Below are positions 61,001 through 64,000 of a stretch of 64,000 bases of DNA, one piece after another. A program made the position numbers and the translations under genes. A model generated the notes under the pieces. It saw nothing but the letters and a program-made list of their open reading frames with translations. It had not been told where the DNA came from and made no database searches. The stretch is from Balanoglossus misakiensis (Eukaryota; Animalia; Hemichordata), in the NCBI GenBank assembly GCA_040954595.2, contig CM082588.2, forward strand, positions 11,793,398 to 11,857,397. Direction: 5' to 3'. Position 1 is the stretch's first letter; each line of letters opens with the position of its first letter.

Positions 61001-64000
61001 CTCCAATGGCACGTAAGATTCTAGAATAGGCAAATTTGCAATTACACTCACTCGCATGAATGAATGCTGGCATCTGTGGTGGGCGGCGTGGAACTTTACT
61101 TGGTGGCGTGCCGGGAAGGAAGGTGCTCTCCTCAGCTCAACTGCCACCAATAAACTGGCCCACAGCAGATGAGTTCATTTCAACAGGTGCCAAGCTCTTT
61201 GGCTAGAATAGATAAAATATATTGATGCCGCAATGAATGAATGAAAACAGTATGAATGACCAGTCAATGGAGCTCTCCAATGGCACGTAAGAATTCTAGA
61301 ATAGGCAAATTTGCAATTACACTCACTCGCATGAATGAATGCTGGCATCTGTGGTGGGCGGCGTGGAACTTTACTTGGTGGCGTGCCGGGAAGGAAGGTG
61401 CTCTCCTCAGCTCAACTGCCACCAATAAACTGGCCCACAGCAGATGAGTTCATTTCAACAGGTGCCAAGCTCTTTGGCTAGAATAGATAAAATATATTGA
61501 TGCCGCAATGAATGAATGAAAACAGTATGAATGACCAGTCAATGGAGCTCTCCAATGGCACGTAAGATCTGTCTTGAAATTGCAGAAAGTACTCTAATTT
61601 GAAACAGGGTTAAAGACCATACAACACACCCAGCAGTGAGGGCGCTTTAGTGCATGTACACAATTAATAATTGATGCAGGACGGCTTGCCAATTAAATGT
61701 CTATTTTACAGAAAATATAAGGTACTTTCTCCATTTCCATTACAGAATTCTAGAATAGGCAAATTTGCAATTACACTCACTCGCATGAATGAATGCTGGC
61801 ATCTGTGGTGGGCGGCGTGGAACTTTACTTGGTGGCGTGCCGGGAAGGAAGGTGCTCTCCTCAGCTCAACTGCCACCAATAAACTGGCCCACAGCAGATG
61901 AGTTCATTTCAACAGGTGCCAAGCTCTTTGGCTAGAATAGATAAAATATATTGATGCCGCAATGAATGAATGAAAACAGTATGAATGACCAGTCAATGGA
62001 GCTCTCCAATGGCACGTAAGATTCTAGAATAGGCAAATTTGCAATTACACTCACTCGCATGAATGAATGCTGGCATCTGTGGTGGGCGGCGTGGAACTTT
62101 ACTTGGTGGCGTGCCGGGAAGGAAGGTGCTCTCCTCAGCTCAACTGCCACCAATAAACTGGCCCACAGCAGATGAGTTCATTTCAACAGGTGCCAAGCTC
62201 TTCGGCTAGAATAGATAAAATATATTGATGCCGCAATGAATGAATGAAAACAGTATGAATGACCAGTCAATGGAGCTCTCCAATGGCACGTAAGAATTCT
62301 AGAATAGGCAAATTTGCAATTACACTCACTCGCATGAATGAATGCTGGCATCTGTGGTGGGCGGCGTGGAACTTTACTTGGTGGCGTGCCGGGAAGGAAG
62401 GTGCTCTCCTCAGCTCAACTGCCACCAATAAACTGGCCCACAGCAGATGAGTTCATTTCAACAGGTGCCAAGCTCTTTGGCTAGAATAGATAAAATATAT
62501 TGATGCCGCAATGAATGAATGAAAACAGTATGAATGACCAGTCAATGGAGCTCTCCAATGGCACGTAAGATCTGTCTTGAAATTGCAGAAAGTACTCTAA
62601 TTTGAAACAGGGTTAAAGACCATACAACACACCCAGCAGTGAGGGCGCTTTAGTGCATGTACACAATTAATAATTGATGCAGGACGGCTTGCCAATTAAA
62701 TGTCTATTTTACAGAAAATATAAGGTACTTTCTCCATTTCCATTACAGAATTCTAGAATAGGCAAATTTGCAATTACACTCACTCGCATGAATGAATGCT
62801 GGCATCTGTGGTGGGCGGCGTGGAACTTTACTTGGTGGCGTGCCGGGAAGGAAGGTGCTCTCCTCAGCTCAACTGCCACCAATAAACTGGCCCACAGCAG
62901 ATGAGTTCATTTCAACAGGTGCCAAGCTCTTTGGCTAGAATAGATAAAATATATTGATGCCGCAATGAATGAATGAAAACAGTATGAATGACCAGTCAAT
63001 GGAGCTCTCCAATGGCACGTAAGATTCTAGAATAGGCAAATTTGCAATTACACTCACTCGCATGAATGAATGCTGGCATCTGTGGTGGGCGGCGTGGAAC
63101 TTTACTTGGTGGCGTGCCGGGAAGGAAGGTGCTCTCCTCAGCTCAACTGCCACCAATAAACTGGCCCACAGCAGATGAGTTCATTTCAACAGGTGCCAAG
63201 CTCTTCGGCTAGAATAGATAAAATATATTGATGCCGCAATGAATGAATGAAAACAGTATGAATGACCAGTCAATGGAGCTCTCCAATGGCACGTAAGATT
63301 CTAGAATAGGCAAATTTGCAATTACACTCACTCGCATGAATGAATGCTGGCATCTGTGGTGGGCGGCGTGGAACTTTACTTGGTGGCGTGCCGGGAAAGA
63401 AGGTGCTCTCCTCAGCTCAACTGCCACCAATAAACTGGCCCACAGCAGATGAGTTCATTTCAACAGGTGCCAAGCTCTTTGGCTAGAATAGATAAAATAT
63501 ATTGATGCCGCAATGAATGAATGAAAACAGTATGAATGACCAGTCAATGGAGCTCTCCAATGGCACGTAAGATCTGTCTTGAAATTGCAGAAAGTACTCT
63601 AATTTGAAACAGGGTTAAAGACCATACAACACACCCAGCAGTGAGGGCGCTTTAGTGCATGTACACAATTAATAATTGATGCAGGACGGCTTGCCAATTA
63701 AATGTCTATTTTACAGAAAATATAAGGTACTTTCTCCATTTCCATTACAGATCTAGAATAGGCAAATTTGCAATTACACTCACTCGCATGAATGAATGCT
63801 GGCATCTGTGGTGGGCGGCGTGGAACTTTACTTGGTGGCGTGCCGGGAAGGAAGGTGCTCTCCTCAGCTCAACTGCCACCAATAAACTGGCCCACAGCAG
63901 ATGAGTTCATTTCAACAGGTGCCAAGCTCTTTGGCTAGAATAGATAAAATATATTGATGCCGCAATGAATGAATGAAAACAGTATGAATGACCAGTCAAT
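40067..64000 (-). repeat. Large tandem array of a Helitron-like unit mixing ~274-bp short and ~452-bp long forms; runs off the window end
   Basis: Module A (ctagaataggc...ggcacgtaag, ~274 bp, roughly 70 copies by estimate) is irregularly followed by module B (ctgtcttg...ccattacag, ~178 bp, about 25 copies counted). Copies are near-identical. On the minus strand every unit starts TC and ends CTAG. Confidence 0.93.

Larger units (their letters stand above)
20369..64000 (-). mobile_element. Putative giant IS3EU-type DNA transposon (one terminus at 20369, other end beyond the window)
   Basis: The satellite is cut exactly before TATGGAAAGCCG, which matches the TAYGG terminus I recall for IS3EU. 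Subterminal tandem repeats follow. The region contains a spliced integrase-core transposase whose 5' exons are not in the window. The second terminus and TSD cannot be seen. Confidence 0.65.

Noticed and set aside
40067-64000. CRISPR-like array, or repeated 63-83 aa ORFs as a gene family
   Set aside because: There are no unique spacers. The ORFs are incidental frames of the repeat that change with 1-2 bp junction variation and show no protein-like motifs.

Overview
AT-rich animal genomic DNA (spliced GT-AG genes, LINEs, satellites; probably a marine invertebrate, by inference) made almost entirely of nested repeats. Bases 1-20368 are a ~1.8-2.05 kb complex tandem repeat: an AT-rich block plus ~81-bp GC-richer subrepeats. 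It is interrupted at 9018-14043 by a full-length but decayed Tx1-clade non-LTR retrotransposon with a 13-bp TSD. At 20369 the satellite is cut by a sequence starting TATGG and followed by 78-bp subterminal repeats. I interpret this as one end of a giant (>43 kb, other end outside the window) IS3EU-type DNA transposon. It contains an intronless BTB-BACK-PHR gene with two in-frame TGA stops, a hand-assembled 9-exon + strand gene (~393 aa, C-terminal UBX-like domain), and, converging on that gene, seven in-frame exons of an integrase-core DDE transposase. The transposase introns hold a CR1-group LINE (33470-37934), a 320-bp palindromic MITE, and a >24.8-kb array of a non-autonomous Helitron-like unit (TC...CTAG). 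The array mixes two alternative 5' ends, has variable junctions and higher-order duplications, and begins with a mirror-image fold-back arm. All domain calls come from motif recognition by eye; no database searches were run.
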